This document shows, in pieces, positions 60,516-64,000 of a stretch of DNA of 64,000 nt; the first letter of the stretch is position 1; every line of letters begins with the position of its first letter. The notes beneath the pieces are model-generated. The model made no database searches and had not been told where the DNA came from. It saw only the letters and a list, made by a program, of their open reading frames with translations. This stretch comes from Alphaproteobacteria bacterium (GTDB lineage: Bacteria; Pseudomonadota; Alphaproteobacteria; SP197), in NCBI GenBank assembly GCA_964291415.2, contig OZ219920.1, positions 1,592,571-1,656,570 on the forward strand, in the 5' to 3' direction. The translations under genes were made by a program, and so were the position numbers.

Positions 60516-61229
60516 TCAGCCCTCAGTTCCTTCCGTGCGGATGAACTTCCCGTTGTTGCCGGCGATGACGACCGTGACCTCCCCTTTTGGAACCGTTTCG
60601 GCGAAATGGTCGGCCAGGTCGGCAAGCCAGCCACGTTCGGTTCCCTCGAACATCTTGGTGAGCTCGATTGACACCGAGGCGCGGCGGTCGCCGAGCACCA
60701 CAAGGGCGTCGGCAAGGAGGGCGCCGAGACGCCGGGGTGATTCGAAGAAGACGAGTGTCGAGTCCAGCCCTGCCAGGGGTTCCAGGAATCTGCGGCGCCG
60801 AGCCGTCTTGCGGGGCGCAAAGCCGAGAAACGAGAAACTCGACATGGGCAGGCCCGATACCGCAAGCGCCGTGATGACGGCCGAGGGACCGGGGATGACC
60901 TCGACCGGATGGCCGCGCCCCGTTGCCATCCGTACCGCGAGATAGCCGGGATCGCTGATGCCCGGCATACCGGCATCGCTCACCAGTCCGACCGTCAGTC
61001 CGTCATCGAGAAGCCTCTCCATGCGGGCGACAGAACGTTCCTCGTTGTGTTCGTGACAGGAGAACACGATGCCTGGGCGGTCGATACCGAAACGCTCGAG
61101 GAGCGTGCGCGTACGGCGGGTATCCTCGCAAACGAGGGCATCAAGCGATCGCAGGGCGTCCTGTGCGCGCGGCGACAGGTCACCGAGATTGCCGATCGGT
61201 GTACCGATCAGGATGAGTCGGCCCGTCAT
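60516..61229 (-). CDS. rsmI: 16S rRNA (C1402-2'-O)-methyltransferase
   Basis: TPIGNLGD, CEDTR, SDAGMPGISDPG, PGPSA, FESPRR, ELTKMFE. Confidence 0.93.
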   Translation of the reverse strand: MTGRLILIGTPIGNLGDLSPRAQDALRSLDALVCEDTRRTRTLLERFGIDRPGIVFSCHEHNEERSVARMERLLDDGLTVGLVSDAGMPGISDPGYLAVRMATGRGHPVEVIPGPSAVITALAVSGLPMSSFSFLGFAPRKTARRRRFLEPLAGLDSTLVFFESPRRLGALLADALVVLGDRRASVSIELTKMFEGTERGWLADLADHFAETVPKGEVTVVIAGNNGKFIRTEGTEG

Positions 61230-61288
61230 GACCGTTTCGCTCTTGACCCAGGGACTGCAAGACCGTTCCATGCCCGTGTTTTGCCGGA

Positions 61289-63361
61289 ATGTCGAGGATG
61301 ACGGCTCTTGAAGCCCTGCTGAATCCGCTGCGGGTGGCGGTTGTCGGCGCGACACCCAGAGCGAACGCGGCGGGCCGGCGCATCATCCAGCATGCCGGAG
61401 GACCACGATTCAGGGGCACCGTCGTCGCCATCAATCCAGGCTATGACGAGGTGCTGGGGCGTCCCTGCCATGCGTCCCTGGCAGACGTCCCCGACACTCC
61501 TCACTGCGCCATCATGGCGGTGTCGGATTCCAGGATCGCCGCGGCCATGGAGGATGCCGCCGCTGCAGGCGTGAAGGGTGCCGTCCTGCTCGGCCGCCTC
61601 GTTACCGCCGAAGACGGTGGCCGGACATTGCCCGGTCGGGTAGCCGCCATCGCAAGGGAAGCGGGCATGGCGGTCTGCGGCGCCAACTGCATGGGCCTCT
61701 TCAACACCAGAGCAGATGTCCGTCTGTCGCTCGGCGATCTTCCGGGACTGGACCAGCCAGGTCGCATCGGACTCGTCTCCCACAGCGGTTCGACATGGTC
61801 CGGCCTGGGCGCCAACAAGCGCTCCATGCACTTCTCCACGGGCGTGTCGGCCGGAAACGAACTCGTGACCGGCGTCGCCGACTACCTCGACCATCTCGTT
61901 GCCCAGGAGGCCACGTCGGCCATTGCCATGATCCTGGAGACCGTGCGTGACGGCGAGCGTTTCCTGGCCGCCATTGAAGCCGCCGATGCTGCCGGCATCC
62001 CTCTTGTCGCTCTCAAGCTGGCCCGCTCCGCGACATCGCGCGCGTTCGCCTTCACCCACAGCGGCGCACTTGCCGGCGACGAAAGGGTGCTCGATGCCGT
62101 CTTCCGACGCCACAACGTCATTGCGGTCGAAACGCTTGACGAAATGTTGGACACGCTGGAGGCCGTCGCCTGCGGCCGGGTTCCGCCGGTCGACACGGTG
62201 GCCGTGCAGACGGATTCCGGAGGAGAACGCCAGCTCATCACCGACCTTGCCGAGCGCGAGAACGTGCCTCTCGCCACGCTTTCCGATGCCACGCGCCAGG
62301 CGCTCGCCAAGGTTCTCGACCCCGGTCTCGATCCCGCCAACCCGGTCGACTACTGGGGCGAAAGCGGACTGGAGTCCCTGCCGCAGGTCACCGGCATTCT
62401 CGGCGACGCCGACGAAGCTGGCGTGGTGGTGTTCGCCACCAACATGGTAAGCGGCCGGGAGCTCCTCTACCGGTCGAGCGAGGCCCTGGAGGCGGTGCAC
62501 CGCACATCGAAGAAGCCGTGCATGATGATGGGGAACATCACCTCGACGATCGATGACGATGAGGCCAGGCGGCTGCGCAAGGCTGGAATCCCCGTGCTGT
62601 GCGGCACGCTGACCGGCCTCAGGGCCATTCGCCACCTCATCACCTGGCACGCCAACCGGCGGACACGCCACAGTCCTGTTCCGCCGCTGCCGCGGGACAT
62701 TCTCACGCAATGGCGCTGTCAGCTTTCCTCCGCTCCGCCTCAACCGGAGGATCTTCTTGGTCTCCTGGCGTCCCTCGGTCTTGACGTACCGCGAACCCGC
62801 ACCTGTTGCCTTGAAGACGATCTCGGCCCGGCCCTGGAGTTCGCCGGCTGTCCGGCTGTCCTCAAGACGGCAAACCGGGATGTCGCTCACAAGACCGAGG
62901 CTGGCGGAGTGGTCACAGGAATCGCGAGCGATGCCGCGGTCCGACAGGCATGGCGCACCATGTCCTCCGCCCTCGGCCCGGAAGTTCTGGTCCAGGAGAC
63001 CGCTCCCGGGGGCGTCGAGTTGATTGTCGGCATGATCACCGACCCGGTGTTCGGACCGGTCATGACCATCGGCGCCGGCGGCATTCTGGTCGAGGTTCTC
63101 GACGATGCCGTCATGTTCGTTCCGCCGGTCGGAGTCGAGGAAGCCGATGCGCTGATCGGCAGACTGAAGGTGTCGGCAGTCCTTGACGGAGTGCGCGGCC
63201 GGCCGCCTCTCGCCCGGCTGGCCGCTGCCGATGCCGTGTCACGTCTTTCCCGCCTTGCCGCCTCTCTTGGCGACTGCCTGGAAGAGTTCGACATCAATCC
63301 GCTGATCGTCCACCCCCGAGGCGCCATGGCAGTCGACGTTCTCGTCCGCTGCAAGGAGTGA
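61289..63361 (+). CDS. ADP-forming acyl-CoA synthetase (acetate--CoA ligase family), second paralogue
   Basis: GANCMG, SHSGS, THSGALAG, NPVD, HKTEAGGV, EFDINPL. Confidence 0.9.
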   Translation: MSRMTALEALLNPLRVAVVGATPRANAAGRRIIQHAGGPRFRGTVVAINPGYDEVLGRPCHASLADVPDTPHCAIMAVSDSRIAAAMEDAAAAGVKGAVLLGRLVTAEDGGRTLPGRVAAIAREAGMAVCGANCMGLFNTRADVRLSLGDLPGLDQPGRIGLVSHSGSTWSGLGANKRSMHFSTGVSAGNELVTGVADYLDHLVAQEATSAIAMILETVRDGERFLAAIEAADAAGIPLVALKLARSATSRAFAFTHSGALAGDERVLDAVFRRHNVIAVETLDEMLDTLEAVACGRVPPVDTVAVQTDSGGERQLITDLAERENVPLATLSDATRQALAKVLDPGLDPANPVDYWGESGLESLPQVTGILGDADEAGVVVFATNMVSGRELLYRSSEALEAVHRTSKKPCMMMGNITSTIDDDEARRLRKAGIPVLCGTLTGLRAIRHLITWHANRRTRHSPVPPLPRDILTQWRCQLSSAPPQPEDLLGLLASLGLDVPRTRTCCLEDDLGPALEFAGCPAVLKTANRDVAHKTEAGGVVTGIASDAAVRQAWRTMSSALGPEVLVQETAPGGVELIVGMITDPVFGPVMTIGAGGILVEVLDDAVMFVPPVGVEEADALIGRLKVSAVLDGVRGRPPLARLAAADAVSRLSRLAASLGDCLEEFDINPLIVHPRGAMAVDVLVRCKE

Positions 63362-63528
63362 TGCGACCCCTCGACATGGCTGTCAGCGAGTAAACGCATG
63401 GCTCCCGACCGCGGACCGTCTCGGTATGCGTGCCCGGCATGACAGCGGTGCCATAACAGTGCTGGCGTCCTGATGTGGGGCAACCTACATCGCAGACCGG
63501 CTCAACGACCGTCACCGGGACACCAACC

Positions 63529-63690
63529 ATGTCAGTCATTCTCGATCACTTTCGCCACGCTTGGGACATCCGGCATGCCCGCCGGCAACTCGAGACTCTC
63601 TCCGACGAACAATTGCGCGACATCGGGCTCAACCGGGCTCAGGTTGCCCCCTTTGTCCGCTCGCTCTCCAGCCTGACATCCCGTTACTGA
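63529..63690 (+). CDS. DUF1127 small protein
   Basis: RRQLETLSDEQLRDIGLNR signature; 53 aa. Confidence 0.85.
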   Translation: MSVILDHFRHAWDIRHARRQLETLSDEQLRDIGLNRAQVAPFVRSLSSLTSRY

Positions 63691-63945
63691 AGACACCTTC
63701 TCGATGGTCGCACCCTGACCACGAGATCGGTTCGCTGGTCCACCGGATAGCATCGACAGAATTGCCCCACCGGCAATTCTCCCCCGTACTGTCCGGAGGA
63801 CGGTTGCGCGTGTCTTGTTGCGGGCGGTCATCGGGAGCCGAAGGACCCGATGACGACGCCACAACCAGTCTCTGTCACGTCGTGATTGTTGACGGCCTGC
63901 GAAGCCGCACACGAGAATTGTCACGTGAGATCACAGGAGCCGCCC

Positions 63946-64000
63946 ATGAACGACGCCGAACAGGTGCTGCAACACGGATACCCGGTCCAGGAGATCCCGT
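63946..64000 (+). CDS. 5' fragment of a CDS running off the window end
   Basis: AGGAG SD then ATG; MNDAEQVLQHGYPVQEIP is open to the end of the window. Confidence 0.5.
   Translation, partial: MNDAEQVLQHGYPVQEIP

Overview
GC-rich bacterial chromosomal segment, probably from an alphaproteobacterium. This is inferred from the conserved ffh/dapF-mtaB-ftsY, thrC-M16 peptidase-rimJ, prx/yqgE and yejABEF arrangements and the DUF1127 gene. About 55 densely packed CDSs interleave housekeeping genes (ffh, dapF, mtaB, ftsY, clpP, dxs, thrC, upp, rsmI, photolyase) with many catabolic genes for methylated or quaternary amines and amides: a GbcA-like Rieske oxygenase, ProX-like SBP, GcvT-like protein, CaiD-like hydratase, TMADH/histamine dehydrogenase-like flavoprotein, non-pyrrolysine MttB, amidohydrolase and amidase. 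Two short AT-rich islets precede an HTH-Fic gene and a Phd-VapC toxin-antitoxin pair. I found no rRNA, tRNA, CRISPR array or transposase. The best candidate for an undescribed system is 46.8-58.3 kb. There, an Urt/Ami-type ABC importer is co-transcribed with a tiny GatC/AtzG-like protein, an amidase and a Rieske-oxygenase homologue. That homologue has lost three of four [2Fe-2S] ligands and the bridging Asp but keeps the mononuclear metal site. Next to it lie a 699-aa metallophosphoesterase fusion, upp and a YihU-like reductase. All assignments come from motifs read by eye with no database searches. Start codons were often trimmed from the ORF track and are approximate.
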